64,000 bases of DNA, taken from positions 70,242-134,241 of the forward strand of contig WOZK01000030.1 in assembly GCA_011620275.1 (NCBI GenBank), given 5' to 3'. A model generated the notes under the pieces. The model was not told the DNA's origin. It searched no databases and saw nothing but the letters and a program-made list of their open reading frames with translations. Shown in pieces: positions 21,138-31,163 of the stretch. Source of the DNA: Candidatus Omnitrophota bacterium (GTDB lineage: Bacteria; Omnitrophota; Gorgyraeia; Gygaellales; Profunditerraquicolaceae). Position 1 is the first letter of the stretch. Each line of letters opens with the position of its first letter. The translations under genes and the position numbers were made by a program.

Positions 21138-22400
21138 TTATTCCTCAATCGTATCTATGATAAGCCTGGCCAGCCTCGAAGTGTCGTGCCGAATCAAACT
21201 TTCCGCCAGCGCTATTTCGTCTTCTATCACCCTGTATCCCATCTTGTGCACATTCGCTCTGTCGTTTATGACCGGAAAGGCGTTCATCTGGGTATATCTC
21301 CTCAATATCTGAGCCGGGATATCTCCGGTGTTGACTACGCAGTAATTAAGGATACCCGGGTGGCTGTGCCTCACGAGAGTTTTGACGTGGTCCGAGAGCC
21401 TGTAATTATCGGTCTCTCCGGGCTGTGTCATCACGTTGCAAACGTATATCTTGACGGCTTCCGAAGCCACGATCGCGGAGGTGATCTCTTTTATCAGGAG
21501 ATTCGGTATGATACTGGTATATAAAGAACCCGGCCCAAGGATTATCAACTGGGCTTCTTCTATTGCCCGCAGGGCTTCCGGAGTTGCCTGGGGATTATCC
21601 GGCCTGAGCCTGACTTCCTTGATAGGCATACGGACCTTAGGTATCTTATCTTCCCCCACCGTGATGGAACCGTCCTGGTATTCGGCGGCCAGCACCACAT
21701 TGGTCAAAGTCGAAGGGATGACTTGCCCGCGCAAGGCCAGGACCTTGCTGGTTTCCTTTATGGCCTTCTCGAAGTCCCCCGTGACCCTGGTCATCGCCGT
21801 GATGAACAGATTGCCGAAACTGTGCCCTGACAATTCCGAGGATTTGTCGAAACGAAACTGAAAGAGGTCCCGCATCAGCGTAGGCGCGTCCGCCAGCGCA
21901 ACCAGACAGTTCCTTATGTCTCCCGGAGGCAGGATGTCGAACTGCTGCCTTAACCTGCCGGAAGACCCGCCGTCATCGGCCACGGTAACTATCGCAGTGA
22001 TGTTAGAGCTGTATTCCTTTAGCCCGCTCAACAGCACGGAAAGGCCGGTCCCTCCGCCGACCGCCACGATCTTCGGCCCACGGGAGAGCTGCTTGCGCTG
22101 GTAAAGCAGGTCAACAAGCTCCGTATCCCTGGAAGACGGAACAAACACGCTTACCAAAGAACGGACCAGGCGTTTTACGCTGAGGATGAGGATTACGATG
22201 CCGCAGAACACGGTGACCGCGTCGAACACCCTTATCAGCCAGTATTCGGCGCTGCGAAAACGCAGAGCGCCGGCCATAAGCAGGCAGACCGCAAAACTGG
22301 CCAGCCCTATCCACCGCTTTATCCCCATTCCGGGGTAGAACCATTTCAAGAAAGCCCCGGCCTTGGGATTGAGGTAACTCACTTCAAATCTTTTTTTCAT
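21138..22400 (-). CDS. YvcK/CofD-like gluconeogenesis-factor family protein (UPF0052) with an unusual N-terminal two-helix TM extension.
   Basis: 'IVAVGGGTGLSVLLSGLK' and 'VTVADDGGSSGRLR' are YvcK hallmarks. About 110 aa precede them, including hydrophobic 'IGLASFAVCLLMAGAL' and 'VTVFCGIVILILSV'. Confidence 0.8.
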   Translation of the reverse strand: MKKRFEVSYLNPKAGAFLKWFYPGMGIKRWIGLASFAVCLLMAGALRFRSAEYWLIRVFDAVTVFCGIVILILSVKRLVRSLVSVFVPSSRDTELVDLLYQRKQLSRGPKIVAVGGGTGLSVLLSGLKEYSSNITAIVTVADDGGSSGRLRQQFDILPPGDIRNCLVALADAPTLMRDLFQFRFDKSSELSGHSFGNLFITAMTRVTGDFEKAIKETSKVLALRGQVIPSTLTNVVLAAEYQDGSITVGEDKIPKVRMPIKEVRLRPDNPQATPEALRAIEEAQLIILGPGSLYTSIIPNLLIKEITSAIVASEAVKIYVCNVMTQPGETDNYRLSDHVKTLVRHSHPGILNYCVVNTGDIPAQILRRYTQMNAFPVINDRANVHKMGYRVIEDEIALAESLIRHDTSRLARLIIDTIEE

Positions 22401-22911
22401 CCTCTTGGCTGATTATGCGGATAATCGCTTTATCGTCGGCGCAAGAACGCAGGCTGTCTCTAAAATATTTGTCTTTCAGCAGGCGGGAAATTCTTGCCAG
22501 GGCCTTCAGGTGCGGCCCGGCAGAATCCTGCGGAGCAAGCAGCAGGAAAAATATGAATGCAGGTTCCCCGTCGAGAGAATCAAAATCTATACCCTTGCGC
22601 GATAAAGCGAAAGCCGCGACTAACTTTTCGACGCAGTCGCATTTCGCGTGAGGGATAGCCACTCCCTGTCCGATGGCGGTGGAGCCGAGCGCTTCCCTGG
22701 CCATAAGCGCTTCGCAGAGCTTGGCACGATGGCGCTTGTCAACTTCTCCGGCGTCAACCAGGGCGCCCACCATCTCCTTTATTACATCTTCCTTCTTGAC
22801 GGATTTTATGTCGGTAAGTATGGCTTTTTGAGACAGAAACTCGAGTATTTTCATTCTTCCTTCTCCTTTAGGATTCAACCTTGGACCTCCGGCATAGGAT
22901 GCCGCGATCAA
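22384..22911 (-). CDS. ptsN: PTS EIIA-Ntr-type regulatory protein. The likely start is the internal Met 'MKILEF'.
   Basis: EIIA fructose/mannitol type, with the phospho-His in 'GQGVAIPHAK'. No EIIB/C permease nearby. Confidence 0.75.
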   Translation of the reverse strand: MIAASYAGGPRLNPKGEGRMKILEFLSQKAILTDIKSVKKEDVIKEMVGALVDAGEVDKRHRAKLCEALMAREALGSTAIGQGVAIPHAKCDCVEKLVAAFALSRKGIDFDSLDGEPAFIFFLLLAPQDSAGPHLKALARISRLLKDKYFRDSLRSCADDKAIIRIISQEDEKKI

Positions 22912-22966
22912 GATTATATACTGAAAACCGGAAAACAGCGCCGCTTATGCGCGCCGGCGGATGAAA

Positions 22967-23043
<77 letters not shown>

Positions 23044-23208
23044 AAAACATCTGCAGTGCCGCATCATACGGGCCGCTTTATTTTAAGATTTTCAATCTGA
23101 AGCACCGCGAAGAGCGCGGTTTCAGCGCCGTCGAAGTATCATAAACCCGTCATCGAATAAAATCAATACCGTTTTTACGGTGGCACACTGTTCCGCCCTT
23201 GAAAAAAA

Positions 23209-23290
23209 TGGGCGGAAGAGGATTTGAACCTCCAAGGGTTGCCCCAGCAGCTCCTAAGGCTGCCGCGTCTGCCAATTTCGCCATCCGCCC
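23209..23290 (-). tRNA. tRNA-Leu (anticodon TAG), with a long variable arm.
   Basis: Reverse complement 'GGGCGGATGGCGAAATTGGCAGACGCGGCAGCCTTAGGAGCTGCTGGGGCAACCCTTGGAGGTTCAAATCCTCTTCCGCCCA'. Anticodon loop 'CTTAGGA'. Long extra arm. Confidence 0.8.
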
Positions 23291-23594
23291 GTAGTGCGCG
23301 GTTCTTTAAACAGCGCGCAGAGCAATCGAGAGCCGAAAATCGTGATTTAATGCGATAGAAACCTCCGGGCGCGGCCTGATTCAGCTTTCCGGCTATCAGA
23401 AACCTGTGCAGCAATACTTATATAGCCTCTGCGCGAACCCTGTTCGAAAGACACGCCCCCGGCACGCCGGCCGGCAGTTACGGTATAACCGCGCGTATTG
23501 TTTACGTCTTGGGATAAAGCAAGGTGTTAAAGGAACTTTTCGCGTCCGGCCGTTCCTTAACCACGCGTTCCCTGCTTAAGGACCTACACAATAA

Positions 23595-23670
23595 TGGTGA
23601 GCCACCCGCGACTCGAACGCGGCACACCCACCTTAAAAGGGTGGTGCTCTACCGGATGAGCTAGTGGCCC
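23595..23670 (-). tRNA. tRNA-Lys (anticodon TTT).
   Basis: Reverse complement 'GGGCCACTAGCTCATCCGGTAGAGCACCACCCTTTTAAGGTGGGTGTGCCGCGTTCGAGTCGCGGGTGGCTCACCA'. Anticodon loop 'CTTTTAA'. CCA is encoded. Confidence 0.85.
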
Positions 23671-23802
23671 GGAAAACTTATTACAGTATACTTCACTCTT
23701 TCATCCCCTAAATGGGGAGGATTTAGGAGGGGGGGGATAATAACCATAGTCGTAGCCAATAGATGATATTACTACCCGGCATTCGGTAATTCTACGTTTC
23801 GC

Positions 23803-24363
23803 TCAAGATTCCAATACTTCTTTTTCCTTAGACTTAAGCAATTCGTCTATCTTGGCGATATACTTATCCACGACTTTCTGTAATTCTTCCGCCGCCCTGA
23901 ATTTGTCGTCCTCGCTGATCAACTTGTCTTTTTCGCTTTTTTCAAGGGCTTCTTTGGCGTCGCGCCTAACCGTGCGCAGCGAAACCCGCCCTTCCTCCGC
24001 CATCTTATGCACCACCTTGGCGAGTTCCTGCCTCCGTTCCTTGGAAAGCTGCGGAATAGAAAGCCTGACCACCTTGCCGTCGTTGCAGGGCTGGATACCG
24101 AGACTGGATTTCGCGATGGCTTTCTCTATCTCCGTTATCGCCGAAATGTCCCAAGGCTGAATCATTATCATATGCGGATCAGGAACGGTTATGGACGCCA
24201 ACTGCTTCATCAAGGTAGGCGTGCCGTAATAATCCACGTGCAGGCCTTCCACCATACCCGGGCTCGCCCTGCCGGTCCTGATTTCGGAGAATTCCCTTGT
24301 TACCGACTCCAGCGCCTTCTTTAACTTATCTTCAGCCCCGTGTAATATTTCTTTAGTAGTCAT
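23803..24363 (-). CDS. frr: Ribosome recycling factor.
   Basis: 'IRTGRASPGMVEGLHVDYYGTPTLMKQLASITVPD'. 186 aa. Confidence 0.9.
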   Translation of the reverse strand: MTTKEILHGAEDKLKKALESVTREFSEIRTGRASPGMVEGLHVDYYGTPTLMKQLASITVPDPHMIMIQPWDISAITEIEKAIAKSSLGIQPCNDGKVVRLSIPQLSKERRQELAKVVHKMAEEGRVSLRTVRRDAKEALEKSEKDKLISEDDKFRAAEELQKVVDKYIAKIDELLKSKEKEVLES

Positions 24364-24392
24364 CGCACCCCCCGTTCGCGCCCCGGACCTGT

Positions 24393-25121
24393 TCAGCTTA
24401 CTATCGTGCCGAGTCTTTCTCCCAAAACTACCTTCCTGATATTACCCTCTTTGTTCATATTAAAAACCACGATGGGAAGCTTATTATCCATACAAAGGCT
24501 TACCGCGGTATTATCCATCACCTTAAGCCCTTTTTTCAGGACATCGAGGTATTTAAGGCTCCCGAATTTCTTGGCCCCCCGGGTCTTCAGCGGATCGGCG
24601 GAATAGACGCCGTCAACCTTCGTCGCCTTCAATATGGCTTCGGCGTGTATTTCCATTGCCCTTAAAGCCGCGGCGGTATCCGTGGTAAAATAGGGATTGC
24701 CGGTCCCAGCCACGAAGATCACGATCCTGTTCTTCTCCAAATGTCTGATAGCGCGCCGCCTTATGTAAGGCTCGGCCACCCTCTGTATCTCCATCGCCGT
24801 CATCACCCTGGTCGGGACACCGGATATTTCAAGCGCGTTCTGAAGCGCCAGGCCGTTGATAACCGTAGCCAGCATTCCCATGTAATCGGCAACGGCGCGG
24901 TCCATATTAAGGCCGCGCGAATGAGAATTCTCCCGCCCGCGGAAAATATTGCCTCCCCCCAGCACCACGGCGACCTGAACCCCCATGTCCCGTAATTCCT
25001 TGAGCTGGCCGGCCAGAGAAACCAGGACCCTGCTGTCTATTCCATGACTGCCGCCGCCCTGCAGAGCCTCTCCGCTGAGCTTCAGCACTATCCGTTTATA
25101 AACGGCCTGGGGTATTTTCAT
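24393..25121 (-). CDS. pyrH: UMP kinase.
   Basis: '[13 protein letters not shown]' and 'GGGNIFRG'. 242 aa. Confidence 0.9.
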   Translation of the reverse strand: MKIPQAVYKRIVLKLSGEALQGGGSHGIDSRVLVSLAGQLKELRDMGVQVAVVLGGGNIFRGRENSHSRGLNMDRAVADYMGMLATVINGLALQNALEISGVPTRVMTAMEIQRVAEPYIRRRAIRHLEKNRIVIFVAGTGNPYFTTDTAAALRAMEIHAEAILKATKVDGVYSADPLKTRGAKKFGSLKYLDVLKKGLKVMDNTAVSLCMDNKLPIVVFNMNKEGNIRKVVLGERLGTIVS

Positions 25122-25642
25122 GCTCCGATCTTATATCTGGCGAACCTGCGTATCATTATGTTCTCGCGAAACTTGGCCAGCAAAGCCGCCATATAGTCGT
25201 TTATCGTCATACCCGGATCTTTGATGAACGGCTGCTCGAGAAGGCAGTGGTTTTTGTAATAAGCCGCCTTGTCGTGCTCCTGGGAAATAATCTCTTCGGG
25301 GACGTCTTCTTTCTTTATATAAGAAGGGTTGCACGCCGCTATCTGCATCGCCAGGTCTTTGGTGAATTGGCAAAACTCGGCGTTGCGGGCCACGAAATCG
25401 GTCTCGCACACCACTTCCAGCAGCACCCCGATCTTGTTGCCGTTATGAATATACGCTTCCACCCTGCCTTCCTTGGCCGCCCGGTCCTGTTTATTGGAAG
25501 CTATCTCCAGCCCCCTTTTACGCAATAGGGTCACCGCCTTGTTCAGGTCGCCTTCCGCTTCCTCAAGGGCCTTCTTACAGTCAGCCACGCTGGCAAAAGT
25601 CATATTTCTCAAATCTTTCAACTGTTCTAACGATATCTTCAT
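25118..25642 (-). CDS. tsf: Translation elongation factor Ts (short form).
   Basis: '[34 protein letters not shown]' N-terminal UBA-like domain. 174 aa. It sits in the conserved rpsB-tsf-pyrH-frr order. Confidence 0.8.
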   Translation of the reverse strand: MKISLEQLKDLRNMTFASVADCKKALEEAEGDLNKAVTLLRKRGLEIASNKQDRAAKEGRVEAYIHNGNKIGVLLEVVCETDFVARNAEFCQFTKDLAMQIAACNPSYIKKEDVPEEIISQEHDKAAYYKNHCLLEQPFIKDPGMTINDYMAALLAKFRENIMIRRFARYKIGA

Positions 25643-25647
25643 TGGAA

Positions 25648-26538
25648 TTACGCCTTTCTTTCATTCTTATCTTCTACCGGCTTGATGCGGGATTTCTTTG
25701 CCGCTTTAGCTTCCGCGCTCTCCGGGGTCGTGCTCTCAATCAGATCCTCGATCTCCTTAATCTTGACTTCTTCTTCCGGTTTCACCGCCGGTTCATCAAG
25801 GGCCCCCTGCTGGGCAACGTTCTTCAGAGCCTCCTGATCGGAAAGATAAGAAAGGAACTTCTGCCTGCCTTCCACTATGGCTTCCGCCAGCATACTCACG
25901 ATCACCTTGATGGACTTGGTGGCGTCGTCGTTACCGGGTACCGGATAAGCGATGTGCGTCGGATCCGAATTGGTATCCACCAGGGCGATTATCGGGATAC
26001 CGAGCTTCAATGCCTCCAGGACGGCCGTATCTTCCTTGTTCGTGTCTATGACGACTACGGCGGCCGGCATCTTCTCCATATTCACGATCCCGGAGAAGTT
26101 CTTTTTCAGTTTCAGGCACTCTTTCTCCAGCCGGGAGACCTCTTTCTTGGTCAGCTTCTCGAACGTCCCGTCCGTGCGCATCTTATCGATTTCCTTGAGG
26201 CGCTTGATGCTCTTTTTAACCGTGGCAAAATTGGTAAGCATACCGCCCGGCCATCTTTCCGTAACGTAATACATCCCGCAGCGCACCGCATCCTGAAACA
26301 CGACTTCCTGGGCCTGTTTCTTTGTCCCGACGAACAAAATCATCTCCCCTTTAGCCGCAGACTCCATAAGGAATTCCCTGGCTCTGTCAAGGCATTCGCT
26401 GGTTTTTTCCAGGTCTATAATGTAGATCCCGCTGCGCTGTCCAAAGATGAATTTCTTCATCTTGGGGTTCCAGCGGGATGTCTTATGACCGAAATGCACC
26501 CCTGCTTCAAGTAACTGCTTTATGGTTTCCGTAGACAA
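25648..26538 (-). CDS. rpsB: 30S ribosomal protein S2.
   Basis: 'LLEAGVHFGHKTSRWNPKMKKFIFGQRSGIYIIDL'. 296 aa with an acidic/basic C-terminal tail. Confidence 0.9.
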   Translation of the reverse strand: MSTETIKQLLEAGVHFGHKTSRWNPKMKKFIFGQRSGIYIIDLEKTSECLDRAREFLMESAAKGEMILFVGTKKQAQEVVFQDAVRCGMYYVTERWPGGMLTNFATVKKSIKRLKEIDKMRTDGTFEKLTKKEVSRLEKECLKLKKNFSGIVNMEKMPAAVVVIDTNKEDTAVLEALKLGIPIIALVDTNSDPTHIAYPVPGNDDATKSIKVIVSMLAEAIVEGRQKFLSYLSDQEALKNVAQQGALDEPAVKPEEEVKIKEIEDLIESTTPESAEAKAAKKSRIKPVEDKNERKA

Positions 26539-26949
26539 CTTTACTCCTCCTTGCTCGCCGCCTTCACCTGCCCGGGGGCAGCCCGCGTTTCAGCTTACGG
26601 GATGTAGGAAAGGCTTTGTTAGGATTTTATCCCCACATTGTCTTTGCTTCAATCCGCCGCGCCGGCCTTCAAGCCGCCGCGGATTTTCTGTTTTTTGACG
26701 GGATAAGCGTGTTTTTCCCGCCTGATTCCCAAATTAAACTGTTATTTTAACACAAAAATCCTTTTATGCAATAAAAAGTTTTTTTTAATTCCGGGGACAC
26801 AATACTTAATTGAGTAGCGTAACCGACATTTACAATAAATGAAATCCCCAGGGCTGAACAAATTGGTCGAATCAATCTGTAAAAGCCGGGGATTTCTGGG
26901 TGAGGGGATTAAACCCCACAACCCGATACCCAAAAAGCATCTTTTATTA

Positions 26950-28740
26950 TCACTCCGCCAATTCCTGCATTCGGCAGAGCCTATTGTACAGACCTCCGCT
27001 TTTTATCAATTCTTCGTGCGTGCCGATCTCAACGATCCTGCCGTTCTCAAGCGCGATTATCCGGTCTGCGTGGCGCACCGTGGAAAGCCTGTGCGCGATA
27101 AGCAAGACCGTACGGCCGCTTATCAGACGGTCTATCGCCTGCTGGACCAGTCTCTCCGATTCGGCGTCCAATTGGGAAGTAGCTTCATCCAGGATCAGTA
27201 TAGGCGGATTCTTAAGCAGGGCCCTAGCGATCGCCAGCCTCTGCCTTTCTCCGCCGGAAATCATCATACCGCGGTCGCCGATCACGGTATCGTAGCCCTT
27301 GGGAAAACGCATGATGAAATCATGCGCGCAGGCCTGTGTGGCCGCCGCGATGACCTGTTCAAAAGATGCTTCGGGTTGGCCGTAGGATATATTAGCTTTA
27401 ATGGTATCGTTGAAAAGTATCGTCTCCTGGCTTACTATCCCTATGTTGCTCCGCAAAGAAACGATGCTGAAGTCCCTGATGTCCCTGCCGTTTATCAATA
27501 TAGAACCCTGCTGCGGGTCATAAAAACGCGGCAGCAGGTCCAGCAAAGTGGTTTTGCCTGCCCCGCTGGGGCCTACAACGGCCACGACCTCACCTTTGGA
27601 GACCTTGAAACTAACGTTGTTTATGACCTTTTTCTTGTCGTAGGCGAAATGCACGCCGTTGAATTCTATTTCTTTTTCCAGCCCTCGCATCTCAACGGCT
27701 CTCGGTTTTTCCGCGACGGAAGGGACGGAGTCCAGCACTTCGTATATACGGATGCCGGCGGCGACCGCCTGCTGATTGAGGGAATTCACGGCGCTGAGCT
27801 TCTTGAACGGCCTAATCAAAGAGAGTAAAGAAGCCAGAAAAAGCCCCAGGATGCCGAAAGAGAGCTTGCCGGCTATCACCTCCCTGCCTCCCCAGTAAAA
27901 TACGAACACCCCGGCCAGGCAGCCCAGGAATTCCGTGGCCGGGCTCAAAATGAGCGTCCGTTTTATCGACTTCATGGAGATGCGGAAATAATCCTGGTTG
28001 GCGGCGGCAAACCGTTTCTTCTCGTATTCTTCCATGTTAAACGCCTTGACTATCCGCGCGCCGATGATCGTTTCGTAAAGCAGGGAATTTATGTCCGCCA
28101 TCTTCTCCTGCCCCCGCCGGGAAAGCTTACGAAGGACCCGCCCGACCTTTATTATAGGAAAACTGATAAGCGGACAGATCACCAGTATTATCAAAGCGAG
28201 CTTCGCGTAGATGAAAAAGGCCATTAGCGCGAAAATCACTACCTGAAGACTCTGATACACCAGGTCCGTGGAACCGTAAGAAACGGCGTTCTCCACCAGC
28301 CTGACGTCGTTGGTTATACGTGAGATCATCTCGCCGCCGCGTTTATGCGTGAAGTAATCCAGCGAAAGCGAGTGGAACTTGGAATAAAGAAGCGATCGGA
28401 TATCCCTTATCACCCTTTGCCCGAGATCGGACATAAGATAACTCTGCAGAAAGGTAAAAACCTCTTTGAGAAAAAAGAGCACAAGGATGAAAACAGATAG
28501 ATAATTGAGCAGGGCCTGCTGAGACATACCGTTCATCATCACGACGAAATCGGCCAGAAAACCCGGGACTTTCCCGGGCAAAATGATCTGTTTGTTCGTC
28601 ATCACCTTATCCGCCAGCGGCACCATCATCGCCAGAGATACCCCGTCGAAAAGAGCGGAAACCGCCATGCAGAAGACCGCCGCCGTAAAAAGCGCCCAGT
28701 AAGGTTTTACGAAACGAAACAGCCTGAAGTAATCTCTCAT
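26950..28740 (-). CDS. msbA: ABC transporter, fused permease and ATPase, MsbA-like lipid exporter.
   Basis: Six-TM N-terminal domain. Walker A 'GPSGAGKTT', signature 'LSGGERQRLAIARA', Walker B 'ILILDEATSQLD'. 596 aa. lpxB is the neighbour. Confidence 0.8.
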   Translation of the reverse strand: MRDYFRLFRFVKPYWALFTAAVFCMAVSALFDGVSLAMMVPLADKVMTNKQIILPGKVPGFLADFVVMMNGMSQQALLNYLSVFILVLFFLKEVFTFLQSYLMSDLGQRVIRDIRSLLYSKFHSLSLDYFTHKRGGEMISRITNDVRLVENAVSYGSTDLVYQSLQVVIFALMAFFIYAKLALIILVICPLISFPIIKVGRVLRKLSRRGQEKMADINSLLYETIIGARIVKAFNMEEYEKKRFAAANQDYFRISMKSIKRTLILSPATEFLGCLAGVFVFYWGGREVIAGKLSFGILGLFLASLLSLIRPFKKLSAVNSLNQQAVAAGIRIYEVLDSVPSVAEKPRAVEMRGLEKEIEFNGVHFAYDKKKVINNVSFKVSKGEVVAVVGPSGAGKTTLLDLLPRFYDPQQGSILINGRDIRDFSIVSLRSNIGIVSQETILFNDTIKANISYGQPEASFEQVIAAATQACAHDFIMRFPKGYDTVIGDRGMMISGGERQRLAIARALLKNPPILILDEATSQLDAESERLVQQAIDRLISGRTVLLIAHRLSTVRHADRIIALENGRIVEIGTHEELIKSGGLYNRLCRMQELAE

Positions 28741-29093
28741 ATTGTTAAGAAAAATGCGGTTCCCCGGGCTGATCCTTGGTCAAGCCTTGGCAACGAACCT
28801 GTCAAACTGCTCAGAACACGCGCCCGGGGCTTCTTTCGCGATTAACCCCGGTTTGAAACCGGAGATTTCTGCGGTTTGATTAAAAAACCGGGAATTGGTA
28901 TCGTCCCCGGTATCATCACGGAACATATAGACAAAATATAATAACACATTACCTTCCAGCTGTCGAGGAATAAAATAAGGCCGAAGCTCCTTTTTTCCCG
29001 GCGTCAAAATACATTTGCCAAGGGAACCCGTATTTGCTATGATAATGTGCGTCTTAACTGATAATATCATAACACCGACCGCGGCGCCTTAAA

Positions 29094-30272
29094 ATGAAAA
29101 ATACCTCTCCCAGAATACTGGTCGTCTCCGGAGAAGCATCCGGAGACATGTACGCAGCCGAGCTTATCAAGGAAATCCGCAAACGTCTCCCTTCCGCCCA
29201 TTTCTACGGACTGGGAGGGGAAAAATCCAGGCTTGCCGGCATGGAAATCATCGCGGAAATGACCGCTCTCTCCGTAGTAGGCTTTGCGGAAGTATTGCAA
29301 AAACTGCACAAAATCAAAGTCGTCTTCAATAAAATCCTCTCTGTCTCCTCCTCCCTGCGTCCGGATGCCGCCATACTTATAGACTACCCCGGGTTCAATC
29401 TAAGACTGGCGGCTAAGCTAAAAAAAATCGGTATCCCGGTCATTTATTACGTCAGTCCGCAGATATGGGCGTGGGGAGCCGACCGCATAAAAGCCATCCG
29501 CCGTAACGTGGACATGATGATAGTCCTGTTCAATTTCGAGGAAGAAATATACAAGAAGGCGGATGTGCCGGTCTTTTTCTCCGGGCATCCTCTGGCGGGG
29601 ATGGTTAAAACCGACCCGGTCAGAAAAGCCGCCTTTATCCAGCATAACCGTATACGCAAAGAGCTCCCCATAGTCACGATCATGCCCGGATCGCGCCGGA
29701 AAGAAATCACGGCCCTGCTTACCCCTATGCTCGAATCCTGCGCGATATTGAACGAAATGCTGGCCGGCAAAGTACAGTTCCTCCTGCTGCAGGCTCCCGG
29801 CATACCTTTCAAGATGTTTCAGGACCGCGTTTACTCTTACGGGCTGGATATAAAGATACTCTACGGATATAATTATGAAGCTCTCGAGACAAGCGATTTC
29901 GCCCTGGTTGCCTCCGGCACAGCCGCCCTCGAGGCGGCGATACTGGAAGTACCTATGGCTATAATGTACAAACTATCATTCCTTACCTGGATGCTTCTGA
30001 GAATGATGCTGAAGATAAAATACGTGGGGATAGTGAACATAATTGCGGACAGAGAAATAGTGAAAGAATTTCTGCAATACGACATAAAACCGGAGCGTAT
30101 TGCCGGATATGCCTACAATGTGCTTTCTGACCGAACCGCGGCCGCAGTGATTAAAAAAGAATTGCGCCGCATAAAGGAAAGTTTGGGATCTCAGGAAGCG
30201 GTGCCAAGAGCGGCGGAAGCGATCGTGGAACTTATAGATAGAAAACGAGGAATGAACGGTCTTAAAGAATAA
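29094..30272 (+). CDS. lpxB: Lipid-A-disaccharide synthase.
   Basis: 'RILVVSGEASGDMYAAELIKEI' and 'DYPGFNLRLA' GT19 motifs. 392 aa. Confidence 0.85.
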   Translation: MKNTSPRILVVSGEASGDMYAAELIKEIRKRLPSAHFYGLGGEKSRLAGMEIIAEMTALSVVGFAEVLQKLHKIKVVFNKILSVSSSLRPDAAILIDYPGFNLRLAAKLKKIGIPVIYYVSPQIWAWGADRIKAIRRNVDMMIVLFNFEEEIYKKADVPVFFSGHPLAGMVKTDPVRKAAFIQHNRIRKELPIVTIMPGSRRKEITALLTPMLESCAILNEMLAGKVQFLLLQAPGIPFKMFQDRVYSYGLDIKILYGYNYEALETSDFALVASGTAALEAAILEVPMAIMYKLSFLTWMLLRMMLKIKYVGIVNIIADREIVKEFLQYDIKPERIAGYAYNVLSDRTAAAVIKKELRRIKESLGSQEAVPRAAEAIVELIDRKRGMNGLKE

Positions 30273-30279
30273 TCACGAC

Positions 30280-30322
30280 AAAGCCCCCGCTGAATAACTG
30301 ATTCAGCGGGGGCTTTATATTA
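30280..30322 (+). terminator. Rho-independent terminator candidate downstream of lpxB (hairpin potentially bidirectional).
   Basis: Perfect 16-bp inverted repeat 'aaagcccccgctgaat'/'attcagcgggggcttt' with a 5-nt loop, followed by 'atattat' on the plus strand. Confidence 0.6.
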
Positions 30323-30419
30323 TCCTGCCGGGAGCCGAAAAATAAACTATAAGGACAATTTTTCCGCGGCTGCCGCGACGCAATCGAAAAAAAGTAATGC
30401 CCGGTAAAGGGAATTACGC

Positions 30420-30665
30420 TCAGCTTTTAACTTTTCCTGGCGGAACAACGTTCACGAAAGTCCGCATTCTGCCGTGCGGCGTTTTCCTGCGGCTAAAGCT
30501 TACTTTCCCGGGGCAAAGGGCCATGATCGTGCCGATGCCTTTGGTATTCATCCCGGCTTTATAATGACTGAAGCCGCGCACAAGGATCTGCCCGGTCTTC
30601 ACGCTCTCTCCTCCGGAAACTTTGGTTCCTCTGTCTTTCTTTGGTGTTGCTTTTCCTCCAGCCAT
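30420..30665 (-). CDS. rpmA: 50S ribosomal protein L27.
   Basis: 'GGESVKTGQILVRGFSHYKAGMNTKGIGTIMALCPGKVSF' follows the L27 consensus G-x-x-V-x-x-G-x-I-L-x-R...G-x-N...A-x-x-x-G-x-V-x-F. No rplU is adjacent. Confidence 0.7.
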   Translation of the reverse strand: MAGGKATPKKDRGTKVSGGESVKTGQILVRGFSHYKAGMNTKGIGTIMALCPGKVSFSRRKTPHGRMRTFVNVVPPGKVKS

Positions 30666-30679
30666 GTTGCTTTCTCCTT

Positions 30680-31003
30680 TTATCTTGCTTTAGCCCAAAG
30701 GGCCCTCGCCAGACCCATCAATTCTGCTTTCTCCAGCCGGACCCCGGCGCGGCACAATCCGTCCTCGCGGTTCTTCAATGACCAGACGACCTCCGCCCTG
30801 GTATAAAAAGGCTCGGCCTGTTCGGGGATTTGAAGCCATACCTCCAAACGGGAACTAACCGGCAAACTGCTGCGTGAAGTCAATCCCATACCGTTAGCGC
30901 TGATATCGAAGGTTTCTCCACTGCTTTCTTCGCTTGCCGTGGCCTCCAGAAACTTGAGAGGGAACCGCGCCTGCATCCGTTCAAAAACCCTCCTGTCGTC
31001 CAT
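30680..31003 (-). CDS. PilZ-domain protein (putative c-di-GMP receptor).
   Basis: 'RRVFERMQARF' (RxxxR) and 'DISANGMGL' (DxSxxG) PilZ motifs. 107 aa. Confidence 0.6.
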   Translation of the reverse strand: MDDRRVFERMQARFPLKFLEATASEESSGETFDISANGMGLTSRSSLPVSSRLEVWLQIPEQAEPFYTRAEVVWSLKNREDGLCRAGVRLEKAELMGLARALWAKAR

Positions 31004-31163
31004 GAGGTTTCCTTTCTCCGTGGCTTTGACCTAATTGTATCAACTTATTCCATTTTAGCAAGTTTTATTTTACGAAATAAAACCGCTTGCAACAAATTGA
31101 GTTGCAGTTACTTGCGCCGGCAAGCCGTCTCCTTTCTTCTCTCTCCGCCATTACAGACTTTTA

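Noticed and set aside
23731-23745. G8 homopolymer ('aggagggggggg') downstream of frr.
   Set aside because: It could be a slipped-strand tract, but it lies in a 3' intergenic region upstream of a tRNA and not in a promoter or coding start, so there is no clear phase-variation target.
26839-26949. Long inverted repeat 'gaaatccccagg...ccggggatttc' downstream of msbA.
   Set aside because: Plausible RNA hairpin or terminator, but the loop is ~35 nt and there is no clear T-run, so confidence is too low to list as a feature.
31004-31163. AT-rich 9-bp hairpin ('gttttatttt acg aaaataaaac') and a 'gcttgc...gcaagc' inverted repeat between the giant gene and the PilZ gene.
   Set aside because: The stems are AT-rich or widely spaced and are not followed by a convincing U-tract on the transcribed strand. 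I cannot support a terminator or operator call.
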